The notes under the pieces: model-generated
The model's database searches: none
What the model saw: only the letters and a program-made list of their open reading frames with translations
What the model was told of the DNA's origin: nothing
Shown: in pieces, positions 9,197-18,206 of the stretch
Layout of the letters: the number at the start of each line of letters is the position of its first letter
Numbering within the stretch: the stretch's first letter is position 1
Source: a virus
Taxonomy: Duplodnaviria > Caudoviricetes
IMG/VR virus record: IMGVR_UViG_3300012853_000040
Span: 1 to 53,311 of that record
DNA: 53,311 nt
Direction: 5' to 3' (one strand)
Made by a program: the position numbers and the translations under genes

Positions 9197-10510
9197 GTGG
9201 TAGACGTCGATGCACGGCTGTGGCCGTTCGCACCCAACTGGCGCCGACCGGTCGATGTCGATCTGGAATATCGCACCGACATCATCGAGTCGCGCAGCGG
9301 TCAGGAGCAGCGCCGCGCCCTGCGCAAGACGCCGCGCCGGCATATCGCTTACGGCGTGATCCTCGATCAGCCTGAGATGCGTGTCTTCCACCAGTTGCTG
9401 ACCAAGTCACAAAGCCAGTCGTGGCTGCTTGCGGACCCCGTGCGCAAAGTGGTCTGCCCGAACGGGGCGTCGGCAGGGTCGAACCAGATCCAGGTAGATG
9501 CCATTCCCGCCTGGCTGAAGGTCGACCAGGGCGTCGTAATCGGCGTCGAGACGCTGGCGGTGGTCCTCGCGATCAACCCCGTCTCTATGATCGTGACGCT
9601 GGACGCGGCGCTGGACGATGCTGTGACGCCCGGCGCGCCGATGCGCCCGGCGCTGCCCGGTCGACTGCTCGGCAATATCACGGCTCGAAATCCATCCAGC
9701 GGGGTGTCCGAGCTAAACCTGAGCTTCACCGCAGATCCGGGCAGCGAAACCGAGGACGCGGCCAGTCCGACAGTCTATATCCACGACGGCCGCGAAGTGC
9801 TGGCGTCTCGACCAAACTGGGGCGAGCCGGTGAGCGACGAGTTCATCTGGCCCGTCGAGCAAATCGACTATGGTTTCGGGCGCGTCGCCACCTTCAATCC
9901 GCTGGAGTTTGGCGCCGCCATTCGGCGTGCCGCGTTCGTGGCGCAGGACGCTGAGGCGGCCGCGGGGCTCCAGCAGTTCTTCGCACGGCGTCGAGGTCAG
10001 GCCGGCGAGTTCCTGATGCCGACGTGGCTGAACGATCTGCCGCCGAAGTTCGACCTGGTGGCCGGCGAGAGCACCATCCGGATCGAGGGGAGGGGGGTGT
10101 TCGAGGCCTATGCTGACGACCTCGTCTACCGGTCGGTGGCGCTGTTGCTGCGCGACGGCCGCCGGATCTTCCGAACCGTCTCCAGCATCCAGAACGTGGA
10201 TGACGACTCGGAGATCAGCTTCACCCAGCCGTGGTTGAGCGACATCCCGGTCGCGGACATCGCGATGGTGTCCTGGTTGCCGGTCGTCCGTTTCGCCTCC
10301 GACCAGCTCACCTTGGAATGGCTGACCAGTGAGGTCGCCCAGACGTCGTTGGCGATGCGAACGCTTAAACATCTGCCGGCCGAGGCGCCAATCCCGGCCT
10401 ACGACGGCGCGGCCCAGTTCATCCTGGAGGTCTGGGGGCAGGGGTCCACCGACATCCTGGATCGACTGAACATCCTGATCAATGTGGACTACCCGGAGAT
10501 CACCGCATGA
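9197..10510 (+). CDS. Distal tail / baseplate-proximal virion protein
   Basis: W.F.PNW...V...LEY.T.I..SRSG.EQR.ALR.TPRR motif; first tail-tip gene after the TMP. Confidence 0.8.
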   Translation: MVDVDARLWPFAPNWRRPVDVDLEYRTDIIESRSGQEQRRALRKTPRRHIAYGVILDQPEMRVFHQLLTKSQSQSWLLADPVRKVVCPNGASAGSNQIQVDAIPAWLKVDQGVVIGVETLAVVLAINPVSMIVTLDAALDDAVTPGAPMRPALPGRLLGNITARNPSSGVSELNLSFTADPGSETEDAASPTVYIHDGREVLASRPNWGEPVSDEFIWPVEQIDYGFGRVATFNPLEFGAAIRRAAFVAQDAEAAAGLQQFFARRRGQAGEFLMPTWLNDLPPKFDLVAGESTIRIEGRGVFEAYADDLVYRSVALLLRDGRRIFRTVSSIQNVDDDSEISFTQPWLSDIPVADIAMVSWLPVVRFASDQLTLEWLTSEVAQTSLAMRTLKHLPAEAPIPAYDGAAQFILEVWGQGSTDILDRLNILINVDYPEITA

Positions 10511-11334
10511 GCTTCGAGGCCTTCGAGACGAGTCGGAGCCGCGGCGCACCGGATACGCTCTACAAGTTCACTTTTCAGAGCAAGATCTTCGCCTATACGG
10601 ACGCGGAACAGCCGATCACATTCGGCGGTGTCGACTACCTGCCGGTTCCTATCAGGCGCGGAAGCCTCAGCAGCTCGGGTACGCTGGACAAGTCGACACT
10701 GACGCTCAACATGCCGCACAACACCGACGTTGTGGAGCTGTTCCGGGTCCACCCGCCTTCTGACATCGTCAACCTCACCATCTTCCAGGGGCACCACGAA
10801 GATCCGGAGAACCAGTTCCTGGCCGTGTGGACGGGGAGGGTGCTCAGTTGCCCGCGCGAAAAGACCGAGGCGTCGGTAGTGTGCGAGCCCGTGTCGACTT
10901 CAATGCGACGCCCAGGGCTGCGGCGTCGGTATCAGTACGGCTGCCCGCACGCGCTGTACGGCCCGCAATGTGGGGTCGATAGAACCGCCTTCACCGTCAC
11001 CGCCCTGGTGACCTCGGCATCCGGCGCCACCATCGACCTGCCGAACGGCTGGAACGGGTCGTTCGACTCGGCCAAGTTCGTGGGCGGCCTGGCCGAGTGG
11101 ACGGTCGATGACGTCACGGAACTGCGCACGATCCTGCGCGTGAATGCAGCCGATCGCAGGATCACTGTATCGGGCCGTGTTTCAGGCCTGGCGTTTGGGC
11201 AGACCGTGAAACTTAGCCTGGGCTGCAATCACCTGATGAGCGGATGCAATGTGTTCGCCAACATCCACAACTTCGGCGGCCAGCCGTGGATTCCCAAGAA
11301 GAATCCTGTCGGATTTGTGAACCAGTACTATTGA
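10507..11334 (+). CDS. Tail tip hub protein (DUF2163 / BR0599-like)
   Basis: CPH.LYG..C and GC.H....C..F.N..NFGG.PWIP Cys cluster. Confidence 0.88.
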   Translation: MSFEAFETSRSRGAPDTLYKFTFQSKIFAYTDAEQPITFGGVDYLPVPIRRGSLSSSGTLDKSTLTLNMPHNTDVVELFRVHPPSDIVNLTIFQGHHEDPENQFLAVWTGRVLSCPREKTEASVVCEPVSTSMRRPGLRRRYQYGCPHALYGPQCGVDRTAFTVTALVTSASGATIDLPNGWNGSFDSAKFVGGLAEWTVDDVTELRTILRVNAADRRITVSGRVSGLAFGQTVKLSLGCNHLMSGCNVFANIHNFGGQPWIPKKNPVGFVNQYY

Positions 11335-11453
11335 CCGGTGGCCTCGCCGCTCTTGGTCTTGACCTGGAATGCCGCACCTGGCTGTCCATCGACGATACGG
11401 AAGTCGAAGAACATGCCCCCGCGATAGCCGCTGGGAACGGTTATGCCGCCCAT
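11328..11453 (-). CDS. Putative 41-aa protein (accessory cassette 2)
   Basis: ATG coupled to the upstream stop (TGATG); MGGITVPSGYRGG...; below ORF-track cutoff. Confidence 0.4.
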   Translation of the reverse strand: MGGITVPSGYRGGMFFDFRIVDGQPGAAFQVKTKSGEATGQ

Positions 11454-12139
11454 CACGCGTCCTCCCCGCTCAGGAGGGCGAAGGCTTCTCGGGCCGCCAA
11501 ACAGTCGGCGAGGGTGAGCAGACGCTTCCCTCCGCGCCCGGTGTAAAGCTCGATTTCCTCGGGAGGCGTGGTGTTGGTGTGCTCACCTTGCGGTCCCCAG
11601 GTCTTGCGTGCCTCAGCGTCAAGGGCGTTGTTGTCGTAGGCGTCGGCGATCCTGACCAGAGGCTTCAAAGCCTCCACCGCGGCAGGGGTGGGGTGGGCGT
11701 AGAGGGGCTGAACGTCAGCAACCCACGACTGATCGTGCTTCGACGAGTCGCGTGGATCGTAGCGGGTCAGGTGCTTGGTTCGGGTGCCGTCGAACTCGAC
11801 ATACCGCCAGTCCCACGCCACCGCCCCGGCTTCCGGATCGGCAGGGGTGGGGTGGGCGACCCCGACCGTCGCGAAGGGGAACGGCCGCCATTCATGGCCG
11901 CACGACTGACACTGGTGCGTCTTATGGCGGCGCGTGGCCCATTCGCCTTCATCGACATGGGGCGTCGAACAGGTCGGACAGAAAATGGTGACTTCTACCG
12001 CCCCGGCTTCCGTCTCCAGCCCATCCGAGCCGGACGCGGGGACGCCCACCGGCACAAGCCGCTTGCTACCCGGCCGGTCAGGGCGCACAGCCTCGCTGGC
12101 CAGGAGATCTGAGATAGATTGGGTAGTGTCGGTGGACAT
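11453..12139 (-). CDS. Mosaic hypothetical protein with Zn-ribbon
   Basis: CPTC..H..H.C..CGHEW; AVAW...PLYAHP module; start re-called at ATG 12139. Confidence 0.6.
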   Translation of the reverse strand: MSTDTTQSISDLLASEAVRPDRPGSKRLVPVGVPASGSDGLETEAGAVEVTIFCPTCSTPHVDEGEWATRRHKTHQCQSCGHEWRPFPFATVGVAHPTPADPEAGAVAWDWRYVEFDGTRTKHLTRYDPRDSSKHDQSWVADVQPLYAHPTPAAVEALKPLVRIADAYDNNALDAEARKTWGPQGEHTNTTPPEEIELYTGRGGKRLLTLADCLAAREAFALLSGEDA

Positions 12140-12167
12140 GGGCTGATCCCGATCGAGTGTCGCGTGC

Positions 12168-12220
12168 TCAACTGATCGTTGACTAACTGTCACCAACTAC
12201 CCGTGTCAACTAAATAGTGA
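12168..12220 (-). promoter_or_regulatory. Leftward promoter flanked by two operator motifs
   Basis: Minus strand TTGACA at 12204-12209 with weak -10; TCAACTGATCGTTGA at 12168-12182 and TCAACTAAATAGTGA at 12206-12220. Confidence 0.6.
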
Positions 12221-12232
12221 TACGACCATGCG

Positions 12233-12463
12233 ATGGTTGCATGGTTCATCCCCTTCCTCGTCGGGCTGGCTCTCAACGTCGTCGCCTATCTGCTGATGCC
12301 GAAGCCGAAGCAGGCGCGGCCCGAGGCGGCCAAGGACATGGACGACCCGACCGCCGAGGCGGGACGTGAAATCCCGGTGCCGTTCGGCGAGCTGACGATC
12401 CGAAGCCCGAACTGCCTGTGGTCCGGCGAGAAGAGTCAGAACCAATACCAGGTGAAGGTCTGA
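12233..12463 (+). CDS. Small tail tip assembly protein
   Basis: PTAEAGREIPVPFG...I.SPN.LW.G motif. Confidence 0.8.
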   Translation: MVAWFIPFLVGLALNVVAYLLMPKPKQARPEAAKDMDDPTAEAGREIPVPFGELTIRSPNCLWSGEKSQNQYQVKV

Positions 12464-12684
12464 TGGTGGACGCGCCTGACGACATGATCGTCCACTACGA
12501 CGACGCGAAGCTGGCGGGCCACTGCCCATCCGGCGTTCGCCGCTGGTTCGAGGCGCACGACCTCGATTTTCGAGACTTCCTCGACAACGGGATCAAGGTC
12601 GGTGAGCTGCGGGGTATCGACGACGCCCTGTGGCAGCGCGTCGTCGACCTGAAGCTGGCACGGGAAGACGCCCGTGGGAGGTAA
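12463..12684 (+). CDS. Small tail assembly protein
   Basis: C..G.R.WF..H.LDF..FL..GI motif; TGATG coupling. Confidence 0.75.
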   Translation: MVDAPDDMIVHYDDAKLAGHCPSGVRRWFEAHDLDFRDFLDNGIKVGELRGIDDALWQRVVDLKLAREDARGR

Positions 12685-15058
12685 GTCCAAGTCCGGCAAG
12701 ATGGACGTCACGGACTACCGGATGTCCTTGCATTACGGCATCTGCGCCGGTCCGATCGACAAACTGCTGGCCATCTACGTCGGCGAGAAGCTGGCCTGGA
12801 GCGGCGACGTTTCAGCCGAGTCGGCCATCGGCATCAATCGGCCGCAACTGTTCGGTGGGATCAAGAAGGAAGGCGGCGTGTCCGGCGTCGCCCACTATCT
12901 GCCCGGCGGCCCGACACAGGTGCTGCCCGAGAACCTGGCGAACAAGTTCGGCCTGACCTCCGCCACCTCTCCAGGGTTCCGTGGCCTGGCGTCGATCTTC
13001 TTCCACGGCGGCGCCTACAACAGCTATTGGGGGTTCGTCGGCACCGGGTTCATGTGGGGGTCCAACAACCCCTATCTGCGCTCCATCTGGATGAAGGTGC
13101 GGCGCAGCCCGAAGGGCTTGGCCAGCCACCTGCGGATGATCGGAAAGGACGCCAACCCGGCGGCCATCATCTATGAGTGCCTGACGAATACCGACTGGGG
13201 CATGGGCGCGTCGCCGGCCTCCATCGACACGGCGTCGTTCCAGGCGGCTGCGCAAATCCTCCTGGATGAAGCGTTCGGGATGTCGCTGATCTGGACGCGC
13301 CAAGCGACCATCGAGTCCTTCGTCACCGAGATCATCGATCACATTCAGGCGACGCTGTTCGTCAACCCGCGCAACGGGTTGCTGACCCTGAAGATGATCC
13401 GTGACGATTACAGCGTGGGCGACCTGCCCGTGCTGGACCCGGACAACTGCGACGTCACGTCGTTCGACCGCAAGGCCTGGGGGGAGACGATCAACGAGAT
13501 CGTCGTCACCTGGACCAATCCCGAGAACGAGCAGGAAGAGACGGTCTCGGCCCAGGATCTGGCCAACATCACCATCCAGGGCGCGGTCATTTCGGACTCG
13601 CGGAACTATTACGGCGTCAGGAGCGCCAACCTGGCCATGCGTCTGGCCATGCGGGACCTGGCGTCGGCGTCGGCGCCACTGGCCAGTTTCGAGATCGAGG
13701 TCGACCGTTCGGCCTGGGATTTCGTGCCGGGCGGATGCGCCGTGCTGAACTACCCCGAATACGGCATCGAAGGCCTGATCCTTAGAATCGGCAAGATCGA
13801 CTACGGCAAGCCTGGTCAGGCGAAAATCAAGGTCAGTGCGATCGAGGACATCTTCTCATTGCCGGCCGCCGCCTACGACGACCGCGACGAGAGCGAGTGG
13901 GAAGATCCGTCGTCGGACCCGGAGGCGATCGACCTGGTGCGCGTCATCACGACGCCGGCCTATTTCACCTCGGGCGTGGTGAGCGCGGCGGATGTCGCGA
14001 CACTGGCCTATCCCGAGGTTCTGTCGGCCATCCTGGCGAGCCAGGCAAATCCCGACATCCTGTCGTACGACGTGGTTCAGCAGACGGTCCTGCCGAACGG
14101 CTCGGTGGTCGGCGACATCGGCAGCACCAAGCCGATCCTCGGCCACTGCTTGCTGACTGACGCGCTTCCGGCCGCGGCGACCTCGATCGTTCCGGAGTTC
14201 TTCGATGTCGTGGGCGGCACCGCGCCTTCGGTGGCGGGCTTCCTGTTCATCGGCGGCACGACCGAGGAGCACCAGGAGATCGCGCTGATCAAGAGCGCCG
14301 ACGAGTCGGGCTGGCTGCTGCTTCGGGGTGTTCTGGACACCGTGCCGCGTAGCTGGCCGGCCGGGACGCCGGTCTGGTTCATCACGCGAGGCACCGACTT
14401 CATCGACACGTCCGAGATCCGATCTGCGAGCGAGACCGTTCGCTACAAGCTGCTGACGCGCACGTCACGAGGGCAGTTGGGCGAGGACGTCGCACCGATC
14501 GTCGGGACGATCCTGAGCGGCCGCCCCCACCTGCCCAACAGGCCTGCCAACGTCAAGGTGGGCGGCCAGATGTTCGGGACACTGGACCTGTCCGTTTCGC
14601 CGCCCAGCACGATCAGCATCACCTGGGCGAACCGAAACCGCCTGCTGGAGGATACGCAGGTCATCGGGTGGTCCGAGGCCGCCATCGTGCCCGAGGTCGG
14701 TCAGACGACGACCGTCTCGGTCTATCGCACGGATGGCACCCTGATCACCACGCACAACGGCATCACCGGCAGTTCGTTCAGCCTGCCGCTGGCGTCATTC
14801 GGCGGCTATGCGGTGGGCGACGTCAAGGTGACCGCGAAGCGCGAGGGCCTGGAGTCGCTTCAGGGCGCCGTCGTGCGCGTCAAGGTGCGCCCCTATGGCT
14901 GGGGCGACAACTGGGGAGAGGACTGGGGTGGGGGCACCGATGGCGGCATCCCGCCGGTCGATCCACCGCCTGGCGGTGGCGGTGAAGACCCCGATCCGGG
15001 TGAAGATTTCCCCGACGTCCCCTGGTGGAAATACAAAGAGCACCCCATCCCCGAGTAA
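12674..15058 (+). CDS. Central tail tip protein
   Basis: MGGKSK start; DANPA.IIYECLTN..WG.G; C-terminal YGWG.NWG..WGGG. Confidence 0.88.
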   Translation: MGGKSKSGKMDVTDYRMSLHYGICAGPIDKLLAIYVGEKLAWSGDVSAESAIGINRPQLFGGIKKEGGVSGVAHYLPGGPTQVLPENLANKFGLTSATSPGFRGLASIFFHGGAYNSYWGFVGTGFMWGSNNPYLRSIWMKVRRSPKGLASHLRMIGKDANPAAIIYECLTNTDWGMGASPASIDTASFQAAAQILLDEAFGMSLIWTRQATIESFVTEIIDHIQATLFVNPRNGLLTLKMIRDDYSVGDLPVLDPDNCDVTSFDRKAWGETINEIVVTWTNPENEQEETVSAQDLANITIQGAVISDSRNYYGVRSANLAMRLAMRDLASASAPLASFEIEVDRSAWDFVPGGCAVLNYPEYGIEGLILRIGKIDYGKPGQAKIKVSAIEDIFSLPAAAYDDRDESEWEDPSSDPEAIDLVRVITTPAYFTSGVVSAADVATLAYPEVLSAILASQANPDILSYDVVQQTVLPNGSVVGDIGSTKPILGHCLLTDALPAAATSIVPEFFDVVGGTAPSVAGFLFIGGTTEEHQEIALIKSADESGWLLLRGVLDTVPRSWPAGTPVWFITRGTDFIDTSEIRSASETVRYKLLTRTSRGQLGEDVAPIVGTILSGRPHLPNRPANVKVGGQMFGTLDLSVSPPSTISITWANRNRLLEDTQVIGWSEAAIVPEVGQTTTVSVYRTDGTLITTHNGITGSSFSLPLASFGGYAVGDVKVTAKREGLESLQGAVVRVKVRPYGWGDNWGEDWGGGTDGGIPPVDPPPGGGGEDPDPGEDFPDVPWWKYKEHPIPE

Positions 15059-15076
15059 TATGACGGAGATACGACT

Positions 15077-15742
15077 TTGACTGCACGAACACTTCCAGGT
15101 CTAGGCCTGACGGGCGACTTCAACTCGGGTGAGGACGGTTGGACCGCTTCAATGAACCTGAACCTGCTGAAGTTGAGCACGGTCGCCCAGCTCGGCGTGA
15201 AATCGCGGGACACGGCGTTGCCCGGCAGTCCGTCCAACGGCGACATCTACATCGTCCCGTCCGGGGGCAACGCGGATAAGGTCGCCGTGCGCGACAACGG
15301 CGCCTGGGTCTATTTCACCCCCGTCGCCGGCTGGCGGGCCTGGGTCATCGACGAAAGCCTGCAGGTCGTCTTCAACGGTACGGCCTGGGTGACCGCACCC
15401 GAGCCGATCGACATTCCTGGGTATTTCTCTGGCGTTCCGACGTCCGAAGAACGGGTCCTGCGTTATGTGTTCACGCGCGCCGTGACCTTCCCCGACAACT
15501 TCGCCGGCTCCCAGGCCAAGGCGCGTGTCGCTGCAACATCCACGACCGTGTTCGACGTGTCGAAGAACACCACGGTCGTCGGGTCCATCACGTTCGCGGC
15601 CGCCGGTACGAACGGTGTCTACGCGACGTCGGGCACCGGCACGGAGTCCTTTGTTGCAGGCGACGTCCTCTCCGTCACGGCGCCGTCCGGGCCGGACGGG
15701 ACCCTGGCCGACATCGCCCTTACGTTGGTCGGATCTCGGTGA
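15077..15742 (+). CDS. DUF2793-like tail-associated protein
   Basis: P.SP..GD.YIV...G......G.W....P..GW.AWV.DE motif. Confidence 0.75.
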   Translation: MTARTLPGLGLTGDFNSGEDGWTASMNLNLLKLSTVAQLGVKSRDTALPGSPSNGDIYIVPSGGNADKVAVRDNGAWVYFTPVAGWRAWVIDESLQVVFNGTAWVTAPEPIDIPGYFSGVPTSEERVLRYVFTRAVTFPDNFAGSQAKARVAATSTTVFDVSKNTTVVGSITFAAAGTNGVYATSGTGTESFVAGDVLSVTAPSGPDGTLADIALTLVGSR

Positions 15743-15746
15743 TCGC

Positions 15747-15768
15747 CCAACCCGCAATAGCGGGTTGG
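15747..15768 (+). terminator. Hairpin after tail tip genes
   Basis: CCAACCCGC-AATA-GCGGGTTGG; no U-tract. Confidence 0.4.
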
Positions 15769-15835
15769 TGAGCGGGTCATCTCGTGCTATGGATCAACCA
15801 AATAGTGATACGTCAACCGTAGCGAGACGCGCATC

Positions 15836-16168
15836 ATGGCTCTGAACACCGACTTTCTCGGCCTCGGCCGCCACGCCGATACCCTCAAGGAGAACTTCGA
15901 GGCGATCGGCGAAATGCTGACCGGGTCAAAGACCCACGATTTCGCCAGCGTCGCGGACGGCGCTAAGGCCAGCACCACGGTCACCGTAACCGGCGCCGCA
16001 CTGGGCGACTTCGTCATCGGCGTCTCGGTCGGCGTGAGCGCCGCGGGCGCCCTGCTGACGGGTTATGTCTCGGCCCCCGACACGGTGACCGTGGACCTGC
16101 ACAACGAGACCGGCGGCGCCGTCGACCTGGCCTCGACCACCCTGCGCGTTCTGGTCCGCAAGGCCTAA
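15836..16168 (+). CDS. Small beta-rich virion protein
   Basis: TVTVTGAALGDFV...YVSA.DTVTV...N.TG.A.DL; operator motif at 15794-15808 upstream. Confidence 0.6.
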   Translation: MALNTDFLGLGRHADTLKENFEAIGEMLTGSKTHDFASVADGAKASTTVTVTGAALGDFVIGVSVGVSAAGALLTGYVSAPDTVTVDLHNETGGAVDLASTTLRVLVRKA

Positions 16169-16174
16169 GACCGC

Positions 16175-16486
16175 ATGATCGCCCGGATCTGGAACGCCCT
16201 GCTGAAGGCCGCACCCTTGCGGCTGTGGGTGCTGTTCGGAGCCGGGCCGATCGTCACCATCGGAACCGCCGTCCTGGTCGGTGTCGTCTGGAAGGGCGAC
16301 ATGACCTCCGCGCCCGTCGAACTCGCTGGCAAGCGCCTCGACTTCATCGGCTGGGCGCTGCTGATCCTCCTCGCCAACTTCAGCGTCATCATCGTCACCC
16401 TGGCGGCCGTGCGCGTGAAGGGCAGCGGTCCGGGAGGCGTAGGTCTTGAGATTGGCGGGGACGGTCACTCCGAGAAGTCCGAATGA
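16175..16486 (+). CDS. Holin-like membrane protein
   Basis: Two hydrophobic segments; immediately upstream of endolysin. Confidence 0.55.
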   Translation: MIARIWNALLKAAPLRLWVLFGAGPIVTIGTAVLVGVVWKGDMTSAPVELAGKRLDFIGWALLILLANFSVIIVTLAAVRVKGSGPGGVGLEIGGDGHSEKSE

Positions 16487-17082
16487 GCATCCCGCTGCCC
16501 GCCAACTACGCCTGGCTGAACACGATCGGCCTGCTGCCCCGCACCATCAGCGAGGCGCTGAAGGAATACGGCGTCAAGGAGGTCGCGGGCGCGGCCAACA
16601 GCCCGGTCATCATGGGCTGGGCCAAGGAGGTCGGGCGCGAGAAGATCGGCTACACCTATACCGGCGACGCGGTGCCGTGGTGCGGCCTGCTGGCCGGGGT
16701 CATCGCCATGCGGGCCGGCAAGACCATTCCGACCGGGCCGCTGTATGCGCTGAACTGGTCGGGCTTCGGAGAGGCCGTCGCGATCCGCAAGGGCCTGAGC
16801 GTCAACAATCCCCTCGTCTTCATGCCGGGCAAGGTGGCGTCGCTGGGCGACGTGCTGGTCTTCCGGCGCGACGGCGGGGGCCACGTCGGCTTCTACATCG
16901 GCGAAGACGACAACTATTACTGTGTCCTGGGTGGCAATCAGTCTGACTCGGTCAGCTTCACCTGGATCGCGAAGTCCCGCTGCGTGGCCGTCCGGCGGCC
17001 CGCCTACACCAACCCACCAGCGTCAGTGCGGCCGTATCGACTGTCGCGCAGCGGGGCGCCTGTCTCCACCAACGAGGCCTGA
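16483..17082 (+). CDS. Endolysin, NlpC/P60/CHAP-like (TIGR02594-type) peptidase
   Basis: D.VPWCG, GD.LVF.R.GGGHVGFY, LGGNQ motifs. Confidence 0.85.
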   Translation: MSIPLPANYAWLNTIGLLPRTISEALKEYGVKEVAGAANSPVIMGWAKEVGREKIGYTYTGDAVPWCGLLAGVIAMRAGKTIPTGPLYALNWSGFGEAVAIRKGLSVNNPLVFMPGKVASLGDVLVFRRDGGGHVGFYIGEDDNYYCVLGGNQSDSVSFTWIAKSRCVAVRRPAYTNPPASVRPYRLSRSGAPVSTNEA

Positions 17083-17086
17083 CGAC

Positions 17087-17179
17087 ATGGACCGCCACCT
17101 CATCGCGGATCTGGTTGCCGCAGCCGGCAGCCTGGGGGCGCTGTTGGCGCTCTACATCATCGCCCTGCGGTGGTTCTGA
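17087..17179 (+). CDS. 30-aa single-TM peptide in lysis cassette
   Basis: MDRHLIADLVAAAGSLGALLALYIIALRWF; GAGG upstream; TGATG coupling to spanin. Confidence 0.5.
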   Translation: MDRHLIADLVAAAGSLGALLALYIIALRWF

Positions 17180-17607
17180 TGCTGGGCGAACTCCGCACCC
17201 AGGGATGGAAGGCCACTGCGATCGGCGCCGCAGCGCTGGCTCTGGCGCTGGGCGTCACGGCCGGCGTGCAGACGGCCCGCCTGAATAGCGCCGAGGCCCG
17301 CGCCGACAAGCTGCATGACGCCATCTGGGCGCCGTTGATCGGTTATGAGGCCCGGCTGGGAATGTGTCAGGGCAATGAGATCCGGCTGGAAGCCACCCTC
17401 GGCCGGCAGAACCACGCCGTGGACGCGCTGAAGCGCGAAAGCGACGCCCGCATCGCCGCGGCCGAGTCCGCCGTCGCGGCGGCCCAACGCCAGGCGGCCG
17501 AGGCGCGAGTTCGGGCCGACCGACTGGCCAGCGCCACCATCACCGGAGCCACCCTCTGCGAGCGCGTCCAGGACGTGGATCGCCTCGTCCTGGAGATCTT
17601 GCGTTGA
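17179..17607 (+). CDS. Inner-membrane spanin (Rz-like)
   Basis: N-terminal TM followed by Ala-rich coiled coil. Confidence 0.75.
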   Translation: MLGELRTQGWKATAIGAAALALALGVTAGVQTARLNSAEARADKLHDAIWAPLIGYEARLGMCQGNEIRLEATLGRQNHAVDALKRESDARIAAAESAVAAAQRQAAEARVRADRLASATITGATLCERVQDVDRLVLEILR

Positions 17608-17882
17608 TCCGACCGATCGCCGTGTCCGCCATGGTCCTGCTGGCGTCCGCCTGCAACACGACCGCCCCCGCGGTCGAGATCCGCACCGTCGAGGTGAAGG
17701 TGCCCGTCGCGACGCCGTGCGTCCCCAAGACGGTGGTCGGGCGGCCGGACTACCAGGTCACCCGAGAGACGCTGCAGGCGGCGCCCGGTGCCGATGAGCG
17801 CTATCGCCAGGCGGTGGTCGGGATGCTGGAGCGCGATGCGCGCCTGGCCGTGGTCGAACCCGTGCTGGAGGGTTGCCGATGA
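17604..17882 (+). CDS. Outer-membrane spanin lipoprotein (Rz1-like)
   Basis: Lipobox LASAC; V.VPV..PC motif; C-terminal GCR. Confidence 0.8.
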   Translation: MIRPIAVSAMVLLASACNTTAPAVEIRTVEVKVPVATPCVPKTVVGRPDYQVTRETLQAAPGADERYRQAVVGMLERDARLAVVEPVLEGCR

Positions 17883-18205
17883 ATCCCGCCGAATGGAGCT
17901 GGGTGTTCCCGGCCGCCGCCTTGGCCCTGACGGCGTCGGGCGTCTACGGCGGCTGGGCTGTCGGACGGTACAAGGGCGAAAGCGCCCACGCCATGGCCAA
18001 GGCCGCCCAGGAGCGCGCCGACGCCGCACATGCCGCGCTCGCCGCCTACAAGACCGAGGTCGTCGCCCACTTCGCCACGATCGAAATGCTGCAGAAGTCC
18101 GAGGACCGCGTCGCCGAAGCCATCAATCGCCTAGCTGACCGGCTCGATCGCTTCTTCGAGAACTCGTCGCGCCCCGCGCCTCGCACGCGCGCCACCAAAA
18201 CGTGA
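17879..18205 (+). CDS. Single-TM plus coiled-coil lysis-region protein
   Basis: N-terminal hydrophobic helix, helical body and basic tail. Confidence 0.55.
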   Translation: MNPAEWSWVFPAAALALTASGVYGGWAVGRYKGESAHAMAKAAQERADAAHAALAAYKTEVVAHFATIEMLQKSEDRVAEAINRLADRLDRFFENSSRPAPRTRATKT

Positions 18206-18206
18206 G

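Noticed and set aside
11681-11858. 19-bp direct repeat GGCAGGGGTGGGGTGGGCG
   Set aside because: Encodes AHPTPA twice at module junctions of a mosaic protein; no evidence for a regulatory role
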